From positions 34,846,001 through 34,910,000 of the forward strand of contig NC_086108.1 of NCBI RefSeq assembly GCF_963921235.1: a stretch of 64,000 nt of DNA, in the 5' to 3' direction. The translations under genes and the position numbers were made by a program. The stretch's first letter is position 1. Each line of letters opens with the position of its first letter. Below the pieces are notes generated by a model. It saw only the letters and a program-made list of their open reading frames with translations. It made no database searches and had not been told where the DNA came from. Shown here one piece after another: positions 26,065 to 38,329 of the stretch. This DNA is from Mobula hypostoma (lineage: Eukaryota).

Positions 26065-26229
26065 CTCCGAGATGACAGCCCAAGCATCCTGACCGCCTCC
26101 CCAAAGATGCTGCTGCCTTCAGCTGGCCAGCTGCCCTCAGGTGCCCCGCTCTCGGTTCACCACCAGATCCAACTTCTCCAGCAACAGTTACAACAGCAGC
26201 AGCAGCAGAGCCAGGTCGCCATAGCCCAG
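26065..26229 (+). CDS. NOS1AP: NOS1AP/CAPON internal coding exon (equivalent to human exon 8), 165 nt, phase 0-0
   Basis: Pyrimidine tract and ttgcAG acceptor (26063-64), CAG|GTAAGC donor at 26230. Translates LRDDSPSILTASPKMLLPSAGQLPSGAPLSVHHQIQLLQQQLQQQQQQSQVAIAQ, matching the NOS1AP motif LTASPxMLLPS...PLSxHHQxQLLQQ...QVAxAQ. Confidence 0.95.
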
Positions 26230-26362
26230 GTAAGCAGGAGAGTCAGAGAGTTATGTGGCCCAGGTAAGCAGGAGAGTCGGAGAGCTATGTAGCTCAGGTA
26301 AGCAGGACAGCAGGAGAGTTATGTGGTCCAGGTAAACAGGAGAGCCGGAAAGCTACGTAGCT
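26227..26362 (+). repeat. Tandem repeat, 4 copies of 34 bp, each carrying a CAG|GTAA splice donor
   Basis: Unit caggtaagcaggagagtcagagagttatgtggcc starts at 26227, 26261, 26295 and 26329. Confidence 0.95.
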
Positions 26363-27337
26363 ATGCACAAGGAGCTGCCAGATCCACCTCTCTGCTGCAG
26401 TAACTTAATGGTCATTTGAAGGGGAGGGAATATGCAAGTACTAGACGACACTGAGGCTTACTTGCTCAGAGAGGGGAAATCGTGGCATTGGTTTGAAGGG
26501 CGTAAAGGCCCCTTTCTGTGCTATGATCTGAGTGCTTTGATTAGAAAGGGGCTAGATATCACAGACTGAATTTCCAGCGTTGCTTAGAAATACTGCATGG
26601 CTTGATAGCACCTCAGATCAGACAACTGCAGTTCTGTATGCTAGGACTGCAAATGTAAAGGTTCTGCTGAGAGAAATACGGAGGCCAAACAACAGTAAGC
26701 CGCAAATTCTCACAATGCTTCCTTCTTACATTATGTAATATGAAAGATGTGGATGTAAGCCAGCCTTGAGAATGCTGTTAATTAATTATCTTACTTTTGT
26801 TTCACTTATGCACGCATCCTTCAGCCAAGATGTTTAATCCCCTACTGTTCAAAAATAATGTGCTCTGGGATAGATTTTATATGAAAAGCATAGTGGAGCC
26901 AGCATGCCAGACATAAATCCCATCCTTGGACAAGCATGGTGATGGCAGTTGGTGGGCCACATTCACTTGGACACTATTTACATACAATTTCTTTTCGGAT
27001 GTGACAATTGAACCTTCCAAGCAGTGAAACCTGGATGGTGCCTGTGCACGTGGTGAGAGAGGCTTTCCTTGTGTCACGCCTGGTTTCTTAACCAATCATT
27101 TTAAATCTGCAGGTCTTGAACCTCCCCTAATAGAAGCAGTTTCTCTTTATTCGTTGTCTCTCAGCACTTGTTGGTTTAAAACCTTCTCAGCTTTAAGAGC
27201 AATTTCAGCTCCTGCTGCCAATCCACGCAATTAAAGTCTCATTACCAGATCTGTTCTATTAAACTCTTCCTCTGCCCTGTCTTCGTCTTCACATTCTTCC
27301 TGTGGCGATGTGACAAAATTAAGTGTCAAATAGTCAG

Positions 27338-27665
27338 GCGGCAGACTGGCACAGTTGGTAGAGCTGCTTCCTCCCAGTTTCAGCAAGCCAGGTTCAACTG
27401 TGACCTCTGGTGCTGGCTGCGTGGAGTTTGCACCTTCTCCCTGGGACCGTGTTTCCTTCAAGTGTTCCTGTTTTCCCAGCCACATGTGGTTTGCTAGGTC
27501 AATAAGCCACTGTAATTGTGTGTGTGTGTGTAGTCGTGGAATCCCACGGGAGTTGTTGAGAAGATAGAGAGAATAATGGGAAATTAATGCGGGATAAATG
27601 TGTGCTTAATGTTGGTATGGACTTCGTAAGTAAGGGACCTGTTTCTGTGATGTATGACCCTATGA
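27338..27665 (+). mobile_element. V-SINE (HE1-like)
   Basis: Box A-like tggcacagttggt, box B-like ggttcaactgtgacc, V-domain gtggagtttgcaccttctccc, CR1-type tail gggacctgtttctgtgatgtatgaccctatga. Confidence 0.65.
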
Positions 27666-28059
27666 TTTCCCCACTTCTGGGAATCCATTTTAAAGGCCAG
27701 GAAGCATTTTTTAATAACTTTTTTGGCCTATCTTGCCATCTTCAAAGGTTAATATATGTATAACCCAATTCTCTCTGTTCCTGCACCCATTTGTATGATA
27801 CTGCCTTTCATAATATACTGTTTTCCCAGTCTTCCTCCTGAAATACTTCACTTTGCACCTGCAGTAAACTTCACCCATTCCACCAATCTGTCATTAAACA
27901 CCAAAGCCCTGGAAGTGACCCTTGGGAAACAATCATTAAATGGTTACTCCAGACTCATAAATTATTCCTAACTTCCTTTTGTATATTGTGGCTCAGAATA
28001 GTTAATTTTGCACAGTGCCAGTAGATCATGTTTGAGCACAGTATACCCTTATTTCTACT

Positions 28060-30935
28060 TGAAACTGTGTTCTATGACGGAAACGTGGCTCCAGGATACC
28101 AACCCTGATGCGGCCATTCAGCTAGAGCTGGGGTTCCAACCCGGGGTCCGTGGACTCCTTGCTTCATGGTATTGGTCCATGGCATAAAAAAGGTCGGGAA
28201 CCCCTGTTCTCGACCCTGCAACCTCTGGCAAGATACACGGAGGAAGTTTGTGCATCTATGTTAATAAGAACTGGTGTGTGAACGCTTCAGTCGTGATGAC
28301 CTACTGTTGGCCTCTGGGTGAGTTTTTAACAGTGAAGTATAGGCCTTTCTATTTACCGAGAGGGTTCACGGTCATTGTGATTGTTGCTGTATACATTCCC
28401 CGCAACCACGCCCCCCCCCCCACCCCCGTGCTAATGCTGCGGAAACAATGCTCGAGCTCTACAGTGCCTCCAGTGACCTCCGAACCACACACCACGACAG
28501 GCTCTTTATTGCTGCTGACAAATTCAACCGTGCTAACTTCAAAACAGTCCTGCCTAAATTCTACCAGCATGTTGACCTTGGTACCAGAGGTGAGAAGACA
28601 TTAGACCTGGTTTATACCAATATCCATGGTGGATACAAAGCTGCTCCTTCGTCCACCTTGGATATTCTGACCATTTATCTGTTCTGCTAATTCCAGCATA
28701 CTGACTACCGATTAAATGAGTCAAATCAGTTCAAAGGGAGATAAAGACTTGGCCAGGTAGATCAACCTCACCAATGCGGTACTGTTTAGAAGTGGAATGT
28801 GTTCAGGGAGGTGGCTACCTATAACTATCACTTTTAATATCAATGAATATGTGGGATCTGTGACTGGCCACATAGAGAATTGCACTGAGGACAAATCAGA
28901 AGCTATGGCTGACAGCAGAGGTTGGGACACGGCTCAGAGGCTGGGAAGCTGCCATCAGGAAGGCAAAACAAAATTATTCATATAGAATATACTTATACTT
29001 TATTGTCGCCAAACAATTGGTACTAGAACATACAATCATCGCAGCGATATTTGATTCTGTGCTTCCCACTCCCTGGATTACAAATATTAAATATTAAAAA
29101 TAGTTAAAATTAGTAAATATTAAAAATTTAAATTAAACATCATAAATAGAAAATAGAAAAATGGGAAGTAAGGTTTCTGTGGCACTGCAAACACACAGCA
29201 CATTTGGCAGGGCCTTCAGACTGTAACAGACTACAAGTCCACCCTGCGTGTCAATGACAGTGATGCCTCCTTCCTGATGGGCCAAATGTCTTTCATGCAT
29301 GATTTGATACACGGAATGATATACCTGCGGGAAGGGTCACCCCCCACCCCAACAAGGAGCCCGCACTCTGTCTGGCCACAGCAGATCTATAGAAGACCCT
29401 AGCCAGAGTCAAGCACGTCAGGCTGCAGCGCCTGAGAGATTGTGCAGCCCAGTTAACTGAGGTTTTAACAGACATCTTCACCATCTCTCTGGAACAGTCC
29501 ACTGTCCCCAAGACAGCCACCATCATCCAGGTGCCTAAGAGGGTGGCAGTATCCTGCCTCAACTACTGTCCAGTGGCACTGAGGTCAACAATAATGAAGT
29601 GCTTTGAGAAACTGGTTATGGATTGCATTAAACGCCATTTTCCTGCTACATTGGATCTGTTGGAGTTCACTTATCACTCAAAACGGTCCACTGATAATGC
29701 CACAGCATCTGCACTCCACTGCATCATGTCCCACCTGTAAAATGGTGCCTCACACGGCAGGGTGCCCTTTATTGACTTCAGCTCAGCGTTTAATACAATC
29801 ATCCCTTAGAAGTTGGTGGGTAAACTGCCCTCACTGGATCTCAATGCTTCTCTGCAGCAGGCTCTTGGACGTCTTGACAGAAAGACCACAAACGGTCAAT
29901 GTTGGTAGCAACATCTCCAGCTCCATTACGCCAAGCACCAGCACTTCCCAGGGCTCCGTGCTCAGCCCACAGCTGTTCACACTGCTGATTCGTGACTGCA
30001 CTACTAGAGCCAGTTCAAACCGAATCGTCAGGTTTGCTGATGTCACAACAGTGGCTGGCCTCATCAACAATGATGTCGAGACGGTGGATAGAGAGGAGAT
30101 GAAGCAGCTGGTAGAATGCTGCCAGCACAACAACTTGAGTCTCAACATGGACAAGACCAAGGAGATGTTTCTGGACTTTAGGAACATGCAGGCTGACGAT
30201 TCCTCGCTGCACAAAAACGGCTTCTCCATGGAGAGAGTTAAGAGCATCAGATTCCTTGGGGGAGGGTACGATCTACCTGGTCCCTCAACACCACCTCTTT
30301 GGCTCAGAAAGCAAAGCAGTGTTTCCACTTCCTGAGGTAACTGAGCCACAAATTCCCACAATTTTAACCAATTTTTACAGCAGCATTATTGAGAGGGTCC
30401 TGACCAGCTGCATCACCATCTTGTATGGGAATTATAAGGCAGCTGACCGCAAGTCCTTACAAGGGATTGTGATTTAGGCTAGGATTAAACGGGGGGATTG
30501 CTGGGCAGCACAGCTGAAGGGCTGGAAGGGTAAATTCCGTGCTGTATCTCAAAAATTAAATATTTATCAGGAACACTGCGTATGCAGGGCCTTTAGCATT
30601 GTCAACGATCCCTCACATCCATCCGATAATCTCTGTGACCCCCTACCATCAGGCAGGAGGTATTGTAGCATTAGAACAGAAACTGTTAGGATGGGAAACA
30701 GCTTCTTCCCCAGGCTGTAAGACTACTCAACTCCCTGCCACCACCCAGGTCTCATCACATATGAAGTGCCAGCACTGTTCACTGTTCATTGTTTAACTTG
30801 TGTCATAGATGCTCCTTATTATTTGTTAAGTTAGTTGTGGTAGTATAACCTTACCTGTTGTGTGTGAGTTACTTGTACTGTGTTGTACACGCTGGCCTGA
30901 AGGAACATATATATGGTTGACTGATATTAAATTTA
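28060..30935 (+). mobile_element. Rex1/Babar LINE spanning most of the EN-RT ORF, degenerate, with small nested insertions
   Basis: EN (MTETWL; LCIYVNKNWC; RPFYLPRGFT; AVYIP), RT (LNYCPVALRSTIMKCFEKLV; QGSVLSPQLFTL; RFADVTTV; LSLNMDKTKEM). Insertions at about 28128-28205 (hAT-like MITE), 28981-29173 and 30470-30560. Confidence 0.85.
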
Positions 30936-31449
30936 TTTCATTGTAAACGAGACAGAAATGCTAATTTAACCCCGATCTGGAACTGTGCAACAGAAGTGGA
31001 GTTTCTCGTTTGGTTGGAAAAATGTCACCCCTGTGTCCCTTTAGTCCTCCTAGATCTGAAGCACATCTCCTCCTAGATGTGCTTCAGATATTAATGTCCA
31101 TAGTACTGGATTGAGCCAGGCTTTTGGAGATACCTGAATTTACCCTTCCAGTTCTTTGAGCTGACTCTCTCACTAATCATTACATCTCTACTGTCTTTGA
31201 CATTTCCTTCTTTTGCCTCAATATTTTTATCATCCACCAGATGTCCCACTATAAAAACCTGGAAAACACTCTGAATATTCATTAATTTATATCATTTAAT
31301 ACATTTTGACACAATGATTTTTCCTTACATCATTTATAATACCATTTAATGTGATATCTGCATGTCTACAATAGCATGACTGGAATTGGATGTAAGTTGT
31401 CAGATTTATTTTTTTCCATTCCAATGGATGGCATTTAGATCCAGTGCCG

Positions 31450-32700
31450 TGGGAATGCAGCACTGTCAGAGATGTTGTCTTTCAGGTTACGTCCACACTA
31501 GACCAGATAAGTCCGTAACTGAAGCTTCATCTCTTCGTTTTGACCCTCTGTCCACACTGAAATGGCGTTTTCCTCCCCTGAAAACGAAGCTTTTCTAAAA
31601 CAGCCTCCAGAGTGTTTAAATCTGAAAACGCCGGTTGGCCGTTGCAGTGTGTACGAGGTAACCGGCTAATTTAAAACCGCTGTCATGACGTGCCGGAACA
31701 AATGGTGGCTGTGCGGCATTTCATTGTTTTCCTGAACACAACCTCCAACACCACAACAATATCTGACAATAGATGTGTAACAGCCTAATGTAACATTGTA
31801 TGGAAATACAAGATAACACTGATGCAGACATGTTTTATACATTTAACAATGTGCTTTATTAATGTATTGCTTGTGCAAACATTCAATAGATGCAATTGCC
31901 ACTTTTGCCCAGTAATTTGTTTTATTGCACATGTTAAATACAGCAAAGTAATGCACAAAGACATGGCAAAAGTAAAGGCAAACAAATGAGGTAACAGCAA
32001 ATTTCACTTCTGCCCAGTAACAAGCCTTATTACATTTAGTTGTAGCTGTCGTCCCTTTCATCGGTGAAGAGACTATGGCTGTAGGAAATGTTTCTGGACA
32101 AACGCACACCAAGACTTTCATTTGGCAATTTCCTTTTAAGTTTTTCTAGTCTGTAACTGGACAAATATGCACTGAGTATACCGTTTCCTCATGACTTGTT
32201 TTCTGTGTGACCTGCGCGTGCCCAGTAGGAGGAGATTCACCCAAATATCCGTTTTAATGTGGACGGAGGAGTTTTCAAAAACGCCTGGTGTGGACACCTA
32301 TCGTTTTTACACTAAACCGGCGTTTTCAAAATTATCCGGTCTAGTGTGGACGTAGCCTCAGATTAGCTGTTAACCCTGTCTCCCATCCCAGGTACTTATA
32401 AAGCACCCGTGGCACAGTTTTCAAGGAGAACAGTTGAATTCTATCCCATGACCTTGCCACAACATACTTATCCCTAACTAACACCATTAAAAGCAGAATT
32501 TTGGGCTCTTTTATATGTGCAAATGGCCCAATAAAAACAGATTGTCAAAACTAACTCAGTGCATGTTTGGGATCTCTCTGTGTGCAAATGCTAGCTGTGT
32601 TTGTGATAACGTGGCGGTCATTATATATCAACGCTTCACTGAGGAACACTCTGGGGAATTCCTGGGGCGATAAAATATTTTAATGTATACTCTGCTTTTG
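31450..32700 (+). mobile_element. DeuSINE (SacSINE1-like), split by a Harbinger MITE
   Basis: gcagcactgtcagagatgttgtctttca | gattagctgttaacc...cccgtggcacagttttcaaggagaacag...tatccctaactaacacc...tgtttgggatctctctgtgtgcaaatgctagctg matches the Deu-domain pattern once the insert is removed. Confidence 0.65.
31485..32357. mobile_element. Non-autonomous PIF/Harbinger DNA transposon, 873 bp
   Basis: TIRs GGTTACGTCCACACTAGACC(A)GATAA / TTATCCGGTCTAGTGTGGACGTAGCC; 3-bp TSD TCA at 31482-84 and 32358-60; subterminal gtccacac/gtgtggac repeats. Confidence 0.88.
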
Positions 32701-33669
32701 TTGAAACCTGCAGATTGGATTGCTTTTAAAATGTATTGCCAATCTTCCACTATTTATTCCATGAAGTATATGCTTGTGTGGCACAGGAGTTGTAAATACT
32801 GACATTGTATCTGTTTTTTGAAGCACAATTCAGCTTTTGGGCATCCTTTATGTTCAGCTTGCTGCTGTAGTACTTCTAGAACTTTAGGCCAGCTCAGTTT
32901 ATATCCACCAGTAAAACTGGTCTTTTTACCTTGAGGTCTGAGCGTTGTCTCATTGGGCGGCTGGTGTGAGTCCAGACCACACTGTTACCCTGACGTCTGC
33001 CAGTCAACAGCTGGAAGCACTCCAACCAGTGATGGTGTCTGTTGTGACATGAATAAAGTCACCAGAGAGACACTGAAGCAAGTGAATATAGAAGTGCTTT
33101 ATTCAACAAGATCTAGTATCAGGCATTATCTTGAGACTCTCTTGGAGAAAGGTCTTCTAACTCAATATTACATGACATTTTAACAGCAGGACAATTCTAT
33201 AGTTACAATGTATTTTCAACACTTCCTTTGAATTACATAGAGTTTTCATACACCTCCTTCTTCACACCCACACACCAGACACCCAAAATGAGTGTTAATC
33301 GGCATTGTCTGGTTTGAAATCAACTCCAGGAAAACCATTGTTCAGGGCTGCATTTTAAAATCAATCTACAATCCACATTCATGTCTGAAGATTGGTTGCT
33401 GCTGAAATTAAAATGTGCTGTATCCAGAATATGCCCCACTAGTATCGCCAAGGGCATCAATCACACTTTGGAGCTCTGTACCCTTCTTCTTAGGCAGTCG
33501 TTTGGTTCAGAGTAGTGGGTGTTACTTGGGTATGATTTCTTTTAATGTAGGGTGGCTATTGCAAACCAGCATGCTTGACATATTGAGGACTCAGTCCAAC
33601 GTCCCAAGATGAGTGAAAACTAGGCTCTGCACAAACTTATATGACTTGTGTTTAGTCTGTCTTAGAGAC

Positions 33670-33812
33670 AACACATCTGTGCACATGTACTGTCACACAT
33701 ATGACACACATACATATAAATATATATGCACCATTGTGCATTTTTGAGTACACACATATATTTACACATGTATACACATCCATATATGTATACATACACA
33801 TATATTTACACC
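33670..33812. repeat. Low-complexity (TA/CA)-rich simple repeat
   Basis: Reiterated acacatatatttacaca/tatacatac units. Confidence 0.7.
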
Positions 33813-34129
33813 ACCTTCTTCATTGTCTTATCACTCTTTTAAATCTGTTTCATTTAGAGGAAATGTAGAAGGAATTTTCTTTTTTGTTATATAATTTTTA
33901 TTGAATTTTCAAAAAGAATACATGAAAAAAAAGAATCTACCCTCCCCCCTCCCCTTAACCCTCCCCCCCCCATATATAGTCCTACCTAAAAAAGAAGAAA
34001 AAGAAAAACAGAAAGAAAAAAAAAAACGCCTGGTTTTTGGAAGGTTTCCACATGCTCCATCGGATTCAAAATAAATTTGGTATAATTATTCGTTACTTTC
34101 CCCAAGTGACCAAAGTCTTTATCGGAGCC

Positions 34130-37100
34130 CTATCCTATCTTTTGTAAATAAGGGCACCAAATATTCAAAAATGTTACATATTTATCTCTTAAATTATAAG
34201 TAATTTTTTCAAGTGGAATAGAACTAGCCATTTCATTATTCCAACGATCCATACTTAAATATGAATCAGATTTCCAAGTAACTGCTATAGTCTTCTTAGC
34301 TACTGCCAATGCAATTTTTATAAATTCTTTCTGATATTTATTCAATTTAAGTTTCGGTTTTATCCCTTCAATATCACCTAATAAAAATAATACAGGGTTA
34401 TGTGGAAGTTGAGTTGCAGTAATTTGTTCCAATAAGATTCTTAAATTTATCCAAAAAGGTTGAATTTTAAAACAAGACCAAGTAGAATGTAAAAAAGTAC
34501 CAATTTCTTGATTACACCGAAAACATTTATCAGAAAAATTTGTATTTAATCTATTTATTTTTTGCGGTGTAATATATAATTGATGTAAAAAATTATATTG
34601 TACTAATCTAAGTCAAACATTTATTGTATTTGTCATACTGTCAAGACAGAATCTTGACCAATTTGTTTCATCAATATTAATATTCAAATCTGTTTCCCAT
34701 TTTTGCTTTGACTTATGGGTTCCTTGTTTAATTGTCTGTTCTTGAATCAAATTATACATACAAGAAATAAATTTTTTAATTTTCCCTTTTTGAATTAAAA
34801 TTTCAATGTCATTAGGTTTTGGCAAAAACATTGTTTGACCCAGCTTACCTTTTAAGTAAGCCCTTAATTGAAAGTAACAGAAGAAAGTATTATTAGATAT
34901 TTTATATTTATCCTTTAATTGTTCAAATGACATCAATATACCTCGTTCAAAACAGTCTCCTATAAATTTAATCCCTTTTTGGTACCAATTATATAAAAGT
35001 TGATTGTCCATTGTAAAAGGAATAAGTCTGTTTTGGAACAAAGGTCTCTTTGCTAATAGAGATTTCTGTGTTTCATTATCAACATTTATCTTATTCCATA
35101 GATCAATCAAATGTGTTAATATAGGAGATTCTTTCTTTTCCCGTATCAATTTAGATTCCCATTTATATATAAACTCTTCAGGTCTATTTTCTCCTATCTT
35201 GTCTAGTTCTATTTGAATCCATGCTGGTTTTCGGTCATCGAAGAAAGATGCAATAAATCTACGTTGATTTGCTTTATAATAGTTTTTAAAGTTTGGAAGT
35301 TGTAACCCTCCTAACCCAAATTTACATGTCAATTTTTCCAGTGATATTCTTGACATTTTACCTTTCCAAAGAAATTTTCTCACACATTTATTTAACTCTT
35401 GAAAAAATTTCTGTGGCAATTGTATTGGTAATGTTTGAAACAGATACTGTAATCTAGGAAATATATTCATTTTTACAACATTGACTCTACCTACTAATGT
35501 TATTGGTAATATCATCCATTTGTCAAGATCTTCTTGAATTTTTTTCAATAGTGGTAAATAATTAAATTTATATAAATTCTTTAGATCATTATCAAGTCTT
35601 ATACCTAAATATTTTATACCATTCACCAGCCATCTAAATTGGGTTACTAATCGACATTGACTATAGTCTCCTTTAGTAAGAGGTAAAATTTCACTTTTAT
35701 CCCAATTTATTTTGTAACCTGATACCTTCCCATATTCATCCAATCTAGAAGATAATTTATGTAACGAACATTGTGGATTTGTTAAATAGATCAAAACATA
35801 ATCGGCAAAAAGATTAATTTTATATTCCTCCTGATTAACTCTAAAACCCATAATATCTGGATCAATTCTAATTAGTTCTGCTAATGGCTCTATCGCCAAT
35901 ACAAATAAAGCAGGTGATAGTGGACAACCTTGTCTCGTTGACCTTTTTAACTGGAATGGTGTTGAAATTTGAGAGTTTGTCACCACTTTAGCTTTAGGGT
36001 TAGAATTTAAAGTTTTAATCCAATTTATAAAAGATGTTCCTAACCCATATTTTTCTAGTACTTCAAATAAAAAATCCCATTCTAATCTATCAAATGCTTT
36101 TTCTGCATCCAAAGCTACTACTATACTCTTCTCATCCCTTTTTTGTGCCAAATGAATTATACTGAGTAGCCGAGTTACATTATCTGCCAATTGTCTATTT
36201 TTAATAAATCCTGTTTGATCCATATGTATTAATTTTGGTAAATATTTAGATAATCTATTCGATAAAATTTTTGCTATTATTTTATAATCCGTATTCAATA
36301 AAGAAATAGGCCTGTATGATGCTGGTTTCATAGGATCTCTGTCTTTTTTTGGCAGTACTATTACAATCGCTGTTGAAAAAGATTCTGGAAGTTTATGTAT
36401 TTTTTCTGCTTGACGTATTAGTTCCATAAAAAGAGGAAATAATAAATCTTTAAATTTTTTATAAAATTCAGGTGGAAAACCATCTTCTCCTGGAGATTTA
36501 TTACTTTGGAGTGATCCTAAAGCTTCTTCAACTTCTTTTAATGTAAAAGGCATATCTAAACCCTTCTGTTCTTCCAAATTCAATTTTGGAAGAGAAACTT
36601 GTGATAAAAACCTTTCTATCTCATTAACATCATTTTGGGATTCTGATTGATATAATTCAGAATAGAAATTTTTAAAAGTTTCATTTATTTCAAGAGGTTT
36701 ATAAGATATTTTATTTGCCCTTGTTCTAATTGCATTTATTGTTTTGGAAGCTTGTTCTGTTTTCAACTGCCAGGCAAGAATTTTATGTGCTCTCTCACCT
36801 AACTCATAATACCTTTGTTTAGTTCTTATAATTGCTTTTTCCGTTCTATATGTCTGAAGCGTATTGTATTGTAACTTCTTATTGACAAGCTGTTTTCGTT
36901 TTTCTTCTGACATATATCTTTGAGATTCTTTTTCTATTTTTGTAATCTCTTTTTCCAATTGATCTAGTTCTGCCATATATTCTTTCTTAATTTTAGACGT
37001 ATAACTTATTATCTGGCCCCTAAGATATGCTTTCATCGCATCCCATAATATAAATTTATCATCCACTGAATGAAAATTTGTATCCAAAAAAAATTGAATC

Positions 37101-37897
37101 TGCTTTTTCATAAAATCACAAAAATCTTGACGTTTTAATAATATTGAATTAAATCTCCATCTATAAGCCACTTCTTCCTTATCAGCCATTATTATTGTCA
37201 TTAATAAAGGGGAATGATCTGATAATATTCTTGCTTTATATTCCATATTTTTCACTCTGTGTTGAATATGCATTGATAATAGAAACAAATCTATCCTTGA
37301 GAAAGTGTTATGTCTACGGGAGTAAAACGAATAGTCTCTTTCTTTAGGATTGATTCTTCTCCATATATCAATCAGATTTAAATCCTTCATCAATGATAAA
37401 GTTAAATTTACTACCTTCGATTTTATAACAGCCTTGGTTGATCTATCTAAGACTGGGTCTAAGCAAAAATTAAAGTCTCCTCCAATTAATATTTTTTCAT
37501 GCGCATCCGCCAAATTCAGAAAAGCTTCTTGTATGAATTTTGCATCATTTTCATTTGGTGCATAAATGTTCATAAAAGTCCATAATTCAGAGAAAAGTTG
37601 ACAATGTATAATCACATATCTCCCCGCAGAATCAATTATTACATTTTGTATTCTAATTGGTAACGTTTTATTGATCAAAATTGCTACTCCCCTCGCTTTT
37701 GAATTAAATGAAGCCGCAACAACACTACCCACCCAATCTCTCTTTAGTTTCTGATGTTCTGTTTCCGTTAGGTGCGTTTCCTGTAAAAAAGCTAAATCTA
37801 TCTTCATTTTTTTAATATGTGTGAAGATTCTTTTTCTTTTCACTGGTCCATTAAGCCCATTAACATTAAAACTCAAAAAATTCAATAAATTAGTCAT
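34130..37897 (-). pseudogene. L1 ORF2 (EN-RT-CCHC) with a single in-frame TGA at 34613-34615 and FADD changed to FADY
   Basis: SFNVNGL, LQETHL, IGGDFN, SRIDL, SDHSP; LDAEKAFD, TRQGCPLSP, LFADYV. Manual translation past the stop stays open (LRLVQYNFLHQLY...CFRCNQEIGTFLHSTWSC...) into ORF 34130-34432. Confidence 0.92.
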
Positions 37898-38329
37898 TAT
37901 TCTTCACAAAGTTACTCCAATCTAAAACATTATTTATCTTCTCAACTTTCATAGTTCCTTGGGGAATCTCTTTAAACTTCACCATGTTGCTATGTGTCTC
38001 CCTCCCAACCTTCCAGGCAGAAAGAAAAAAGAAGAAAGAAAAAGAACAAAAAAAGAAAAAACAAAATACCCCCCCACTAATGTTGTGAACGAAAGGATAT
38101 ACAACACTACCCCCCTCCATTTTGCGGGTCATGGCAAAAGCCACGCTTGCACACATGACTAGCGTAGCAATCGATCAGTGCTTCTTCCAGCTCCCCCGCA
38201 ACAAAAAAAACATTATATATATATAGACAAAATTAGTATTACTATTCCCAACTAATATTCCTCCAGTTTTAACCTTTCTTACCCCCCCTCGTATAATTAA
38301 TAATATATTTATACATTCATCCAGCTTCA

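Noticed and set aside
27345..27410. tRNA-like A and B boxes
   Set aside because: They are the head of a V-SINE; no complete cloverleaf, so no tRNA gene is called.
33040..33620. Possible LTR or other repeat starting tgttgtgac...
   Set aside because: No matching terminus or TSD could be identified.
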